Part shown: positions 9,935 to 20,967 of the stretch, in pieces
Layout: every line of letters starts with the position of its first letter
How positions within the stretch are numbered: position 1 is the first letter of the stretch
Assembly: GCA_948468315.1 (NCBI GenBank)
Contig: CAOKHL010000001.1
Span: forward strand, 34,064-98,063
Direction of reading: 5' to 3'
Length of the DNA stretch: 64,000 bases
Source: an uncultured Eubacteriales bacterium
GTDB taxonomy: Bacteria > Bacillota > Clostridia > TANB77 > CAG-508
Position numbers and translations under genes: made by a program
The notes under the pieces: model-generated
Databases searched by the model: none
What the model saw: the letters and a program-made list of their open reading frames with translations, nothing else
Told to the model about the DNA's origin: nothing

Positions 9935-10793
9935 AATAGTTCAAGATTTATTACCAAATTACCTTGAAAAAACAACAAGTAAAGAAACAAATCAATACAT
10001 AGAAGAACATATAAAACAATGTCCAAAATGTTCTAAAATTTGTAATGCGATGAAAGAAGAATTAAATATAAGCTGTTCACTTGATACTGAAAAGGAAGTG
10101 AATTATATGAAGAAATTTAATGGAAAAATGAAAAGGCTAGAATTATGGAAAAAGATAGCTATGGTAATGATTTCAATATTGATTATTTTATTAGGAATGG
10201 TTTTATACAGATATTCAATTATAACTAAAATATATAAACTTCATTCAAAAATAAGTGAAATAACTAATGTTTATTATCAAGCAGAATATGAAGACAAAGT
10301 GATAGAGTTTTGGAGAAAAGATAGTATAATAAAACAAGTAAATAAATTAAAAAATAAGGAAGATACGATGACGTTTTGGAGGGATATAAGCACAGAGGAA
10401 GGATATTTGATATCTAACACTTCAAAAATATATGCAGAAACACCTAAAGAAGTACCTAGTCAAAACTTACCATGGGGATTTGCAGGTGATTGGGATACGT
10501 TTGAAAAAAGAATTAAAATAGCAATAAATCCTACTATTACTATAACTATTAAACAATATGATAATAAAGATTGCTATTATTTAAGATTAAATGGAAGTGA
10601 TTTTTTCAATAATACAGAAGAAATATATGAAAAAGATACAGGGCTATTATTGTTTGAAAGTGGCCATACTCAATATAGTAGTTGGGGAGAAGATATTAAT
10701 TGTAAAGTTAAATATGAATATAAAATTAATGTGGTTTTAGATAAAGATGTTGAAAGGCCTAATCTAAGTGAGTATGAATTAAGGGATAATTAG
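9918..10793 (+). CDS. Anti-sigma factor with zf-HC2 domain and one transmembrane helix
   Basis: CKIVQDLLPNY...HIKQCPKC (HxxxCxxC); overlaps the sigma gene. Confidence 0.88.
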   Translation: MERDCKIVQDLLPNYLEKTTSKETNQYIEEHIKQCPKCSKICNAMKEELNISCSLDTEKEVNYMKKFNGKMKRLELWKKIAMVMISILIILLGMVLYRYSIITKIYKLHSKISEITNVYYQAEYEDKVIEFWRKDSIIKQVNKLKNKEDTMTFWRDISTEEGYLISNTSKIYAETPKEVPSQNLPWGFAGDWDTFEKRIKIAINPTITITIKQYDNKDCYYLRLNGSDFFNNTEEIYEKDTGLLLFESGHTQYSSWGEDINCKVKYEYKINVVLDKDVERPNLSEYELRDN

Positions 10794-11092
10794 ATTTAAT
10801 ATTAAAATTTAAATATTTAGAAATGATTATGAATTTAGTGCTAAAAATTAGGTAAAAAAATGATAAAATGTTTTTGGCTTGTTGTTAAGTTACTTACTTA
10901 ATGATAAAAATTACAAAATAATTATAGCAATAAAGTCTAGAAAATGCAACAAAAATGTTAAAAAATTTTTGTTGCATTTTTTTACTTTTTATATAAATAG
11001 GAATTAGCTATAAGAATTGATTTTAAGCTGAAATATTACATTTTATTTTTATCATTAAGTAAGTAACTTGATGAACAGAAAGGATGTAAGAG

Positions 11093-12751
11093 ATGAGGAG
11101 AAAAACAAATGAAAATAGAGGGATAACATTAATAGCACTAGTTGTAACAATAATTATAGTAGTATTATTAGCAGGAATAACAATAAGTATGTTAATAGGG
11201 AAAAATGGAATACTAAATAGAGCAGCAGAGGCAAAGGAAAAAACAGGGAAGGCAGGAGATATAGAGTATTTGCAAATAGAAGTAAATGGAATATTAACGA
11301 AATATTATATGGATGGAGCTAAAAATATAGAGGAAAATGAATACATATTAATAGAATTAGGAAAAAAAGAGGAAATAACAACAAATGTAGGAAAAGGAAC
11401 TGTAAAATATAAAGGAAAAGAATATGAAATAAGCGAAATAAAAGGAGAAACAAAAGAGAAGACAGAAATAAAAGCCAATAAATTGGAGGCAATAACAATA
11501 TCTAATGTTGCAAAGGGAAGTGAAGAAGAAGAATTATTAAAAAGTGACCAAGTAAGAATGATAATAAAAGAACAAGGAGAAAAAGAAAGCATAGCTGTAA
11601 TACCAACAGGATTTTACTATGTAACAGGAACACCAAGTACAGGATTAGTAATATCAGATAAAGCAGAAGATGATGATAAAAATACAAAAAAAGGAAATCA
11701 ATTTGTGTGGATACCATGTAATGGAAAAAGTGGAGTAACATACGAAAAAACAGATGATAATGCAGAAGGAAATCATGGATTAGCTTCGTATTGGAAAGAA
11801 GATGGATATAATGGAAAACAGCATTTTTATAATACAATCCCATCAGGATATACAAATGCAGGACAAGAAATAATAGACTGGGAAGATAATGGGGGAAGTT
11901 ATGAAAGCGTAAAAAAATATGGAGGATTTTATGTAGGAAGATATGAAGCAGGAGTGCCAGAAACAGCAGAGTTTTATGCAAGTAAAGATGGGGACAAATA
12001 TGAAACAAATGGCAAGAAAAATGCAGAAGAAGTAAAAGAGTTAAGTCCAGTGAGTAAAAAGAATAATCAAGCATGGAATTATATATCACAAGAAAATGCA
12101 AAAATACTATCAGAAAATATGTATAAAGAAAGTGTATCAGTAAAAAGTAGTTTAATAGATAGTTACGCATGGGATACAATAGTAAGATGGGTGGCAAAAG
12201 ATAGCCAATATAGTGGAATAGGATTAGATAGTACAAATTACGGAAATTATTATAATAATACTGGAATAACAGAAAATACATTATATGCAATGCATTTATA
12301 TAGAAGTGTAAAATCAGCAGGACAAAATAATAGTGCATACACTGCAACATGGACAGCAGCAACAAAATATAGAAAAGGAAATATAACAAGTGGACATATA
12401 CCAAATATTTTAGAAACAGATAGAAATAAATATGAATGGGAAGAAAGTGAATATAGCGGAGGAACTGAATATTATAATTATACAGTATATAAAGAATTAG
12501 CAACAGGAGCAAGTGAAAAAAACAAAGTAAAAAATATATATGATATGGCAGGAAATATGTGGGAGTGGACAACAGAGACAGGAAAACATACAACTGCAAG
12601 TGGAACCACTGCTACAACTTATGCTGTGCTTCGTGGTGGTGGCTTCAACAACGCTGGTTCTGCTAACCCTGTGTCTTTTCGCAATGGGAACTATACTACT
12701 AGAGGGTACTTCTTCACCATTGGCTTTCGTGCCGTGCTTTACATAGCGTAG
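11093..12751 (+). CDS. Type IV pilin-like protein with C-terminal FGE/CLec-fold domain; probable DGR target gene
   Basis: RGITLIALVVTIIIVVLL N-terminus; GNQFVWIP, YGGFYVGRYEAG, NIYDMAGNMWEWT and RGG...GFRAVLY motifs; the last ~150 nt have a VR-like composition. Confidence 0.85.
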   Translation: MRRKTNENRGITLIALVVTIIIVVLLAGITISMLIGKNGILNRAAEAKEKTGKAGDIEYLQIEVNGILTKYYMDGAKNIEENEYILIELGKKEEITTNVGKGTVKYKGKEYEISEIKGETKEKTEIKANKLEAITISNVAKGSEEEELLKSDQVRMIIKEQGEKESIAVIPTGFYYVTGTPSTGLVISDKAEDDDKNTKKGNQFVWIPCNGKSGVTYEKTDDNAEGNHGLASYWKEDGYNGKQHFYNTIPSGYTNAGQEIIDWEDNGGSYESVKKYGGFYVGRYEAGVPETAEFYASKDGDKYETNGKKNAEEVKELSPVSKKNNQAWNYISQENAKILSENMYKESVSVKSSLIDSYAWDTIVRWVAKDSQYSGIGLDSTNYGNYYNNTGITENTLYAMHLYRSVKSAGQNNSAYTATWTAATKYRKGNITSGHIPNILETDRNKYEWEESEYSGGTEYYNYTVYKELATGASEKNKVKNIYDMAGNMWEWTTETGKHTTASGTTATTYAVLRGGGFNNAGSANPVSFRNGNYTTRGYFFTIGFRAVLYIA

Positions 12752-12755
12752 TGCT
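12605..12755 (+). other. Putative DGR variable region (VR) and IMH
   Basis: Abrupt switch from A-ending codons to GGT/GGC/CGT/CGC/GCT/GTG and AAC/NNC/NNT codons across the ligand-binding C-terminus. Confidence 0.75.
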
Positions 12756-12827
12756 AAAAAATTTTATTGCATCAATGATATTTTTATAGTACAATAGGTA
12801 ATATAAGAATGGAGGATTTAAGCAATT

Positions 12828-13631
12828 ATGAATAAGCAAGAATTATTAAAAGACTATAAAAATCAAGAGGACAAGCTACTTTTAGCTAGAGTATTAGATA
12901 AAATAGAATTTTCAAAAGGAAAAAATAAAATAGAAGATACAGATTTTTTGAATTTAGCAGAGCAGGATTTAGTAGATAAATTTCTAAAAAAAATGAAATA
13001 TCAAAATTATTACTTTTTTGGTGGTGCAGGAGAAGCGGAAAGAAAGATATTAATATTATATCCAGAGAAATTAACAGAAGAAATGGCAAGAAAAAATCAC
13101 TCAAAAATGATTAGTGTAATAAAGATAAAACTTCCAATAGAATTAGATGATGAATATGACCATAGAAGATATTTAGGAGCTATAATGAAACTCGGAATAG
13201 AAAGAGAAAAAGTTGGAGACATATCAGTAAAATCGAGAGGTGCAGAAATTATAGTAAAAAATGAAGTAGAAAAGTTTCTAATGCAGAATCTAGGTTCACT
13301 TACTAGATTTTCTTCAGCAGAAATAGAAGTTAAAAATATAGATGATTTACAAGAAATTGAAGCTCAAAAAGTTGAAATAACAGAAATTGTAGCTTCTTTA
13401 AGATTAGATAATATTGTAGCGAGTTTAGCGAGAACTTCTAGAAGTAAGGCAACACAAATGCTTGAACAGGAGAGAGTATTTTTGAATTTTAAAAATGAAA
13501 CTAAGTCTTCAAAACAAGTGAATGTGGGAGATGTAATTACTATAAGAGGTAAGGGGAGATTTGTATTTAAAGAGATTTCAGGAAATACTAGAAAGGGAAG
13601 ATTTGTTATAAAAATTGATAAATTTATTTAA
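12828..13631 (+). CDS. YlmH/Sll1252-family S4 RNA-binding protein
   Basis: TDFLN, GGAGEAER, HRRYLGAIMKLG, SLRLDNIVA and GDVITIRGKGR motifs. Confidence 0.88.
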   Translation: MNKQELLKDYKNQEDKLLLARVLDKIEFSKGKNKIEDTDFLNLAEQDLVDKFLKKMKYQNYYFFGGAGEAERKILILYPEKLTEEMARKNHSKMISVIKIKLPIELDDEYDHRRYLGAIMKLGIEREKVGDISVKSRGAEIIVKNEVEKFLMQNLGSLTRFSSAEIEVKNIDDLQEIEAQKVEITEIVASLRLDNIVASLARTSRSKATQMLEQERVFLNFKNETKSSKQVNVGDVITIRGKGRFVFKEISGNTRKGRFVIKIDKFI

Positions 13632-13790
13632 TCGAAAAAAGCAAAATGTTTATTAATTAAGCATATTTGCTTTTTTTATAAGCATAACAAAAAAACGAAA
13701 AAACTTTCGCAAAAACCCTTGACAAAAAAATAAAAAGCTGTATAATAATAACGAACATAAATTTGAAAAACGTTTTTTTGGAGGAATACT

Positions 13791-15425
13791 ATGATTACAA
13801 ATTTGCACATAAAAAATATAGGAATAATAGATGACATAGAAATAGACTTTAATAAAGGATTAAATGTATTAACAGGAGAAACAGGAGCGGGAAAAAGTTT
13901 AATAATAGGAGCACTAAATATCATATCTGGAGAAAGATTTTCCAAAGATATGATACGTAAAGGAGAAAACAATTCTTTTGTGGAAATATGTCTATATGAA
14001 CCAGAAAGAGAAGACTCAATAGATGGAACCATAATAGTATCAAGAGAAATAAACTTAAACGGAAAAAATATGTGTAAAATAAATGGAAGAATGGTAACTG
14101 TAAATGAATTAAAAGAATTTATGAAAAAAATCATAGAAATACACGGACAAAATGCAAATCAAAATCTTTTAGACAGTAAAGAACATATAAAATATTTAGA
14201 TAATTTTATTGGAATTGATATAAATAAATTAAAAGAAATATACAGAAATTATTATATAAGATATAATGAAATAAAAAAAGAACTAAAAGAAAATTATGGT
14301 GATGAAAAAGAAAGACAAAGAAAATTAGACTTATTAAAATATCAATTTAATGAAATAGAAGAAGCAAAATTAATAGATGGAGAAGAAGAAGAGTTAGACA
14401 ATAAACAAAAAATAATAACAAACTCTGAAAAAATAGCAAAAATTTTAAGTGAAATAGATATATCAATAGGAGAAAATGCAATAGATTTAATAAGTAACAG
14501 TATAAGAAATTTAGAAAAGATAGAACACATAGATAACAAATATCAAGAAACATCTAATTGCCTAAAGAGTGCATATTATGAGCTTCAAGAAGTTTCTAGA
14601 GATATAACAAATTATAAAGAAGCGGTATATTTTGATGAAGAAGAGCAAAGAGAAATAGAAGACAGATTAGATTTAATATTTTCATTAAAAAGAAAATATG
14701 GAAACTCTATAAAAGAAATTTTACAATATAAAGATGAAGTAGAAAATGAAATATATAGAATAGAGAATTTAGAAGAATATACAAATAAATTAAAAAAAGA
14801 ACAGGAAAAATTAAAAACGAAGCTGGACAATTTAGGATTAGAAATTCATAAATTAAGAGAAATAAAAGCAGAAGAATTGTCAATAGAAATAAATAAAAAC
14901 CTAAAAGACTTAGAAATGAAAAATGCAATAATAAATATCCATACAGAATATATACAAGATGAATATTTTGAAACAGGAAAAGATAAAATTGAATTTTATA
15001 TAAGAACAAATATAGGAGAAGATGAAAAAGAGCTAAGCAAAATTGCATCTGGAGGAGAAATGTCAAGAATAATGTTAGCTATAAAAACAGTTTTAGCAGA
15101 TACTGATAATGCATCAATTTTAATATTTGATGAAATAGATACAGGAATAAGCGGAAAAGCAGCAAATTCTGTTGCTGAAAAACTAAATAAAATATCAGAA
15201 AAACATCAGGTATTATGCATATCACATCTTGCTAATATAGCAGCAATTGCTGATTATAATTATTTTATAAGCAAAAATATAGTAAATGAAAGAACTTTAA
15301 CATCTATAAAACAATTAAATGAAAAAGAAACAATAAAAGAAATTGCAAGAATATCTTCGGGAGAAGTAAATGATGTTACAATAAAATATGCAGAAAAATT
15401 AAGATATAAAAAAATAGCTAGTTGA
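13791..15425 (+). CDS. recN: DNA repair protein RecN
   Basis: LTGETGAGKS, IEIHGQ, ASGGEMSRIMLA, FDEIDTGISG and QVLCISHL motifs. Confidence 0.95.
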   Translation: MITNLHIKNIGIIDDIEIDFNKGLNVLTGETGAGKSLIIGALNIISGERFSKDMIRKGENNSFVEICLYEPEREDSIDGTIIVSREINLNGKNMCKINGRMVTVNELKEFMKKIIEIHGQNANQNLLDSKEHIKYLDNFIGIDINKLKEIYRNYYIRYNEIKKELKENYGDEKERQRKLDLLKYQFNEIEEAKLIDGEEEELDNKQKIITNSEKIAKILSEIDISIGENAIDLISNSIRNLEKIEHIDNKYQETSNCLKSAYYELQEVSRDITNYKEAVYFDEEEQREIEDRLDLIFSLKRKYGNSIKEILQYKDEVENEIYRIENLEEYTNKLKKEQEKLKTKLDNLGLEIHKLREIKAEELSIEINKNLKDLEMKNAIINIHTEYIQDEYFETGKDKIEFYIRTNIGEDEKELSKIASGGEMSRIMLAIKTVLADTDNASILIFDEIDTGISGKAANSVAEKLNKISEKHQVLCISHLANIAAIADYNYFISKNIVNERTLTSIKQLNEKETIKEIARISSGEVNDVTIKYAEKLRYKKIAS

Positions 15426-15582
15426 TTAGATTTATTTAATAATAATTCAATATATTTATCATGAATTTGTAGTAGACTTAACTATTAGAGTACACAAATT
15501 AACATAAAAAGCTTGCAATATTCCCAAAAAAGTTATATTATATATCTAACAAAAATTGAAATAATTATAAAGGGTGATAAAA

Positions 15583-17527
15583 ATGCTAGAAAAAGTAAAC
15601 AGTACAGAAGATTTGAAGAAATTAACCATAAAAGAAAAAGAAATTCTTGCAGAAGACATAAGAAAATATATAATAGAAGTAGTATCAAAAAATGGAGGAC
15701 ATTTAGCTTCAAATTTAGGTGTAGTTGAACTTACACTAGCATTAGAAAGTGTTTTTGATGTAAACAAAGATAAAATAGTATGGGATGTAGGTCATCAAAC
15801 CTATGTACATAAGATTTTAAATGGAAGAAAAGAAGAGTTAAAGAGTTTAAGAAAACTAAAGGGAATTGCAGGTTTTCCAAAAACAAAAGAATCAGAAACA
15901 GATTGTTTTAATACTGGTCATAGTAGTACATCAATTTCGGCAGCAATGGGAATGGCAAAAGCAAGAGACATCAAGAAAGAAAATCATTCTGTAATAGCAG
16001 TAATTGGAGATGGTGCACTAACAGGTGGAATGGCTTTAGAAGCATTAAATCATATAGGAAGTTCAAAAACAAATGTAATAGTAGTACTAAATGATAATGA
16101 AATGAGTATATCAAAAAATATTGGTGGAATAAATATGCTTTTAAGTAAATTAAGAGCAAGAAGACATTATACAATTTCAAATCAATCTGGAAGAAAAGTT
16201 TTAGATAAAATTCCAATTATAGGACCAGTTTTAATTAAAATAATTAGAAGAATAAAAAAAGGAATAAAACAGTTAATTATACCTAAAATGTTTTTTGAAG
16301 ATATTGGGTTTAAATATTTAGGACCAATAGATGGTCATAATATAGAAGATATGGAATTAATATTAAAAAGAGCAAAAGAACTAAATGAGCCAGTGTTAAT
16401 ACATGTACTTACTAAAAAGGGAAAAGGATATGAACCTGCTGAACTTATGCCAGATAAATTTCATGCAACATCAGCATTTGATATAGAAACAGGAAATCCA
16501 AAAAAGGTTAAAGAAAAAGACTATTCTAAAGCTTTTGGAGAGAAACTAGTAAGATTAGCGAAAAAAAATAACAATATAGTAGCAATTACAGCAGCTATGA
16601 AGGATGGTACAGGACTAACAGAATTTGCCAAAATCTATCCAGATAGATTTTTTGATGTAGGAATAGCTGAACAACATGCACTAACATTTGCAGCAGGATT
16701 AGCTAAAGAAGGAATGATACCATTCGTTCCAATATATTCATCATTTTATCAAAGAGCATATGATCAAGTAATTCACGATATTTGTATGCAAAATTTGCCT
16801 GTTATAATGTGTGCAGATAGAGCTGGTATAGTTGGGGCAGACCGGAGAGACACATCAAGGAATATTAGATTTATCATTTTTTAAAGTAGTTCCAAATCTT
16901 ACAGTAATGTCTCCAAAAGATTTCAAAGAATTAGAAGATATGATGGAATTTGCTGTTAAACTTAAATCTCCTGTTATCATAAGATATCCAAGAGGAGGAG
17001 AAGCAAAAGAAAAATTTATAACACATTCATATATTCAACATAAAAAATGTGATATTTTAACATTAGGAACAGATGTAACTATTGTAGCAATAGGAAATCA
17101 AGTTAGTAAAGCAATGAATATTTACAGAAAATTAAAAGAATGTAATATAAATGCAGAAGTAATAAATGCTAGATTTTTAAAACCATTTGACAAATATACA
17201 GTCTTAAAATCTATTTCAAAAACTAAATTTGTTATAACTATTGAAGACAATAGTTTAATTGGAGGACTTGGAACAGAAGTAAAAGAGATTGTTGCAGAAA
17301 AACGAATTCAAGATATAATAATAAGAAATTTTGGATATCCAGATGTTTTTGTAGAACATGGAGCTCCACAAGAATTAGAACAAATATATAAAATGGATGA
17401 AAAATCAATATTTAATTATATAAAAAATACGATAAAACATAAAAAAATTACTAAAAATTATGGAGAAGATGAAAAAAAGAAAAAGTACAATTACTATCAA
17501 GTAAAAGAAAGAAGAAAAAATGCATAA
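15583..17527 (+). CDS. dxs: 1-deoxy-D-xylulose-5-phosphate synthase; +1 frameshift at in-frame CGG (16843-16845); 647 aa
   Basis: GGHLASNLG, WDVGHQ, GDGALTGG and DVGIAEQH motifs. DRAGIVGAD-CGG followed by the +1 frame GETHQG restores the conserved GADGETHQG and joins ORFs 15574..16884 and 16832..17527. Confidence 0.93.
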
Positions 17528-18206
17528 ATATATAAAAGAAGAATTAGAAAAAAACATAGATTTAAAATATAAAGAATTTAACCAAAAACTTTGCCCAGAT
17601 ACTAATAAAAAGCTATTGGGTATAAGAATACCAGTATTAAGAAAAATATCTAAAAAAATAATAGCTGATAATCCAGAAGAATATTTAAAAAATGTTTCTA
17701 ATGAATATTTGGAAGAAATTTTATTAGAAGGTTTTGTTATAGCAGGTTTAAAAATTGATATTAGAGATAAACTAAAATTAATAGAAAAATATATTCCTAA
17801 GATGGATAGTTGGATAGTAACAGATACAGTATGTCCAAGCTTAAAGCCCAAAAAAGATGAATTAACTATTGTTTGGGAATTTATAGGAAAATATTTAAAA
17901 TCAGAAAAAGAATTTGAATTGAGATTTGCAGTTATAATGATGTTGGATTATTTTGTATCAGATGATTATGTGGATAAAGTTATACAAATTTTGGACAAGA
18001 TTAAAACAGACAAATATTATGTTCAAATGGCGATTGCGTGGTGTTTGGCAGAAATTGGCATTAAGTATAATGAAAAGGCTATGAAATATTTAAGTGAGAA
18101 AAATAATTTAGATAATTTTACTTATAATAAAACATTACAAAAAATGAGAGAATCTTATAGAATAGATAAAGAACAAAAAATATTACTGAAAAAAATGAAA
18201 AGGTAA
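17520..18206 (+). CDS. DNA alkylation repair protein (AlkD-like)
   Basis: LGIRIPVLRKI, DSWIVTD, EFELRFA and YYVQMAIAW motifs. Confidence 0.85.
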   Translation: MHKYIKEELEKNIDLKYKEFNQKLCPDTNKKLLGIRIPVLRKISKKIIADNPEEYLKNVSNEYLEEILLEGFVIAGLKIDIRDKLKLIEKYIPKMDSWIVTDTVCPSLKPKKDELTIVWEFIGKYLKSEKEFELRFAVIMMLDYFVSDDYVDKVIQILDKIKTDKYYVQMAIAWCLAEIGIKYNEKAMKYLSEKNNLDNFTYNKTLQKMRESYRIDKEQKILLKKMKR

Positions 18207-18232
18207 AATAGCATAAAAATTAGGAGATAGTA

Positions 18233-19111
18233 TTAAATCTTACTATCTCTTAAAAAATCAAAATAATTTTCATCTAATTCAAATGTTACTAATTTTGAGT
18301 TAATGGGATGAATAAAAGATAATTTATAACACAATAATGCTTGGCCATCTAAAACGTCACATTTTTTTCCATATAAATCATCACCTAAAAGAGGATGACC
18401 GATAGAAGCAAAATGAACTCTAATTTGATGAGTTCTACCAGTTTCTAGAATACATTTTACTAAAGAAAAATTTTTATATTCGTTTATAACCTCAAAATGA
18501 GTAACAGATTTTTTTCCATCAATTGAAACACATCTTTCAATTATACTTCCTTTTTTTCTAGAAATAGGTTTATCAATAGTTCCTTTTTTATTATTCAAAA
18601 TACCTGTTACAACAGCTAAATATTCCTTTTTAAAAGTATTATTGGACATTTGCTTAATTAAACATTCTTGTACATATTCGTTTTTAGCAAAAACAATTAA
18701 ACCAGAAGTATTAAAATCTAATCGATTAACAGGCCTGATTTTTTTATGTAAATTTATATTATCAAAATAAAACTTTAATCCATTTGAAATAGTATTGTCA
18801 AAATGAAGCATTGATGGATGGACAGCTATACCAGAAGGCTTGTTTAGAACTATAAAAGCTTCATCTTCATATATAATATTTAAGTCCATTTCTTTAGGAA
18901 CAATATTAGAATTATCTTCTTTATAATTTAAATCAATAGATACAATATCTCCTATACATGCAATATTTCTTGTATCACAGGATTTTCCATTAATATATAC
19001 TAATTTATTTTTCAGCAATTTAACAAAAAGTCTAGAAGAAATCTGTAATTTGTTTCTTAAAATATAATTAATAGTTAAATTTTCATCTTTTACTTTGTAT
19101 TCTAGTATCAT
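18233..19111 (-). CDS. RluA-family pseudouridine synthase
   Basis: NKPSGIAVHP, NRLDFNTSG, LETGRTHQIRVH and HPLLGDDLYG motifs. Confidence 0.93.
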   Translation of the reverse strand: MILEYKVKDENLTINYILRNKLQISSRLFVKLLKNKLVYINGKSCDTRNIACIGDIVSIDLNYKEDNSNIVPKEMDLNIIYEDEAFIVLNKPSGIAVHPSMLHFDNTISNGLKFYFDNINLHKKIRPVNRLDFNTSGLIVFAKNEYVQECLIKQMSNNTFKKEYLAVVTGILNNKKGTIDKPISRKKGSIIERCVSIDGKKSVTHFEVINEYKNFSLVKCILETGRTHQIRVHFASIGHPLLGDDLYGKKCDVLDGQALLCYKLSFIHPINSKLVTFELDENYFDFLRDSKI

Positions 19112-19288
19112 AAATTCTCCTCTATAATGTTAATTTTATTTAATAATAAACTTACTCCTATAAGAGTTATTAAAACTTGGTATTATAAACTATGTAATAA
19201 AATGTTCTATAATATAATTTCCTATTATAAAAAACTTATATTATAGAACACCTATTAAAAATAATTTTGAATTCTAATAAAACTAAAA

Positions 19289-19774
19289 TTATTCATCATC
19301 ATCATTATAATGATTTCTGTTTGATATTCCAACAGAATAATAATATACTAAAGCAACAATAGCAACAGCTGCAACAGCTAATATTAGCCAAATCCAAGTT
19401 GTTGAATCCATTCCAAATAGAGTGTTATTTGCTGTAGTTGAAGTTCTTCTAGCTACATAGTTCCCTGTATTAGAATTTGTTGTTGCACTATTTCTACGAT
19501 TATTGTTGTTAGTGTTATTATTATTGTTGTCTACACCATTATTTGTTGTAGCATTTGATGCACCTCTTTCCATATCTCCTGTAACATCTTTAGATGTGTT
19601 TGAGATATCTCTAGCAGCACCTTCTATACCATTTTCAGCATCACCAACAACATTTCTTACAGTATCAGCAGCATTTTCTAGAGCTGTTCCACCATCAGCA
19701 GCAAATGTATAAGTAATACCAAATATTATTGATAAAGTTAATAATAACAATCCAAATAAATATTTTTTTGTCAT
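19289..19774 (-). CDS. Hypothetical exported/membrane protein with Asn-rich linker
   Basis: Signal peptide, low-complexity middle and C-terminal TM helix; GGAGG RBS. Confidence 0.75.
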   Translation of the reverse strand: MTKKYLFGLLLLTLSIIFGITYTFAADGGTALENAADTVRNVVGDAENGIEGAARDISNTSKDVTGDMERGASNATTNNGVDNNNNNTNNNNRRNSATTNSNTGNYVARRTSTTANNTLFGMDSTTWIWLILAVAAVAIVALVYYYSVGISNRNHYNDDDE

Positions 19775-19905
19775 TTTTACATCCTCCTAAAAAATTAGTT
19801 TAAAAAGTAAACTTAATAATATTATTATTTTTTTAGGATAAAATATACTATGAAAAAAATTCAAAAAAATAAAAAACAAGCAAAAATATATTGCTTGTAT
19901 AAAAA

Positions 19906-20262
19906 TTAATTATTACTTAATCTTATTAAAATTGCTATTGCGAAGAAAATTAATAAAACACCAATTACAATTAAAGCAATATTTATAAGGTTTGTGATTG
20001 TAGATGTATTAGAGTTTGAAACACTAGATACACCACTTATTGTAGATGAAGTATTAGAATTAGATGTATTATTAGTAAACAAGCTATTTTGTGATGTATT
20101 TGCAGTAGAATTAGAAGTTGAGTTGATATCAGTTTGGTTTGATGAAGTTGGATTTGCAGTATTTGAGTTTTCTGTTAAATTTAAATCAATACCATAACAA
20201 CAATTAAGTGAAAATATAATTACTAATGCAAATAATAGTATCATTTTTGTTAATTTTGACAT
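19906..20262 (-). CDS. Hypothetical exported/membrane protein with Ser/Thr/Asn-rich linker
   Basis: Signal peptide and C-terminal TM helix; AGGAGG RBS. Confidence 0.7.
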   Translation of the reverse strand: MSKLTKMILLFALVIIFSLNCCYGIDLNLTENSNTANPTSSNQTDINSTSNSTANTSQNSLFTNNTSNSNTSSTISGVSSVSNSNTSTITNLINIALIVIGVLLIFFAIAILIRLSNN

Positions 20263-20479
20263 AAATATTCCTCCTTAAGACTTTTTCATTGGATTTACAA
20301 TAATAATATAATAACATAACAAAATACAATTTGTCTATAATTTTTGTGAAAAATATAAAAATATGTTGATTTTTTATTGTAAAAAGAGCAATATTTTGAT
20401 AAAATAAATGCAAAAATTTACCTACAAAAAGTCGACACTTAATAGAAATTTTTTTAGAGGACCAAAGGAGAAAAAATAA

Positions 20480-20926
20480 ATGTATTCAATGGAAGATTTT
20501 GATAAGCAAAAAACGAGAGTATTAAAATATATAATATATAAAAGAAGAACAGAAAATGAAGTAAGAACTAAATTTCAGAATGATATAGATGAACAAATGT
20601 TAGAAGAAATAATAGAGTATTTAAAAGAAGCAAAATACATAGATGATTTAGATTATATTGAAAAAACAATAAACAATTTTAAAATGTTAAAAAATTTATC
20701 AAAAACAGAATTGAAATATAAGTTAATGTCAAAAGGTTTAAATAAAAATTTGATTGAAGATTATTTTTATGAAAACAAAGAAGAATTAACAGAATATGAA
20801 ATAAAATCAGCATCAAATATAATAATGAAAAAAAGGCGAGATTTAGAAGATGCTGAAATAAAAGTATTTCTATTAAAAAAAGGATATAAACAAGATAATA
20901 TAAATGAAGCATTTGAAAATATTTAA
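20480..20926 (+). CDS. recX: Regulatory protein RecX
   Basis: RRTENEVRTK, YIDDLDY, LKYKLMSKG and FLLKKGY pattern of RecX repeats. Confidence 0.8.
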   Translation: MYSMEDFDKQKTRVLKYIIYKRRTENEVRTKFQNDIDEQMLEEIIEYLKEAKYIDDLDYIEKTINNFKMLKNLSKTELKYKLMSKGLNKNLIEDYFYENKEELTEYEIKSASNIIMKKRRDLEDAEIKVFLLKKGYKQDNINEAFENI

Positions 20927-20967
20927 AATTGGAAAAGAAAATGTACTTTTTCCAGAATGGAGAGAAA

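Noticed and set aside
11502-12599. 365-aa antisense ORF
   Set aside because: Shadow of the extremely purine-skewed pilin-like gene; the Leu/Phe/Tyr-rich product has no RBS or motifs. The other short antisense ORFs in the track were rejected for the same reason.
10794-12830. A complete DGR cassette (RT, TR, Avd) around the target gene
   Set aside because: There is no reverse transcriptase ORF and no second copy of the VR sequence in the window.
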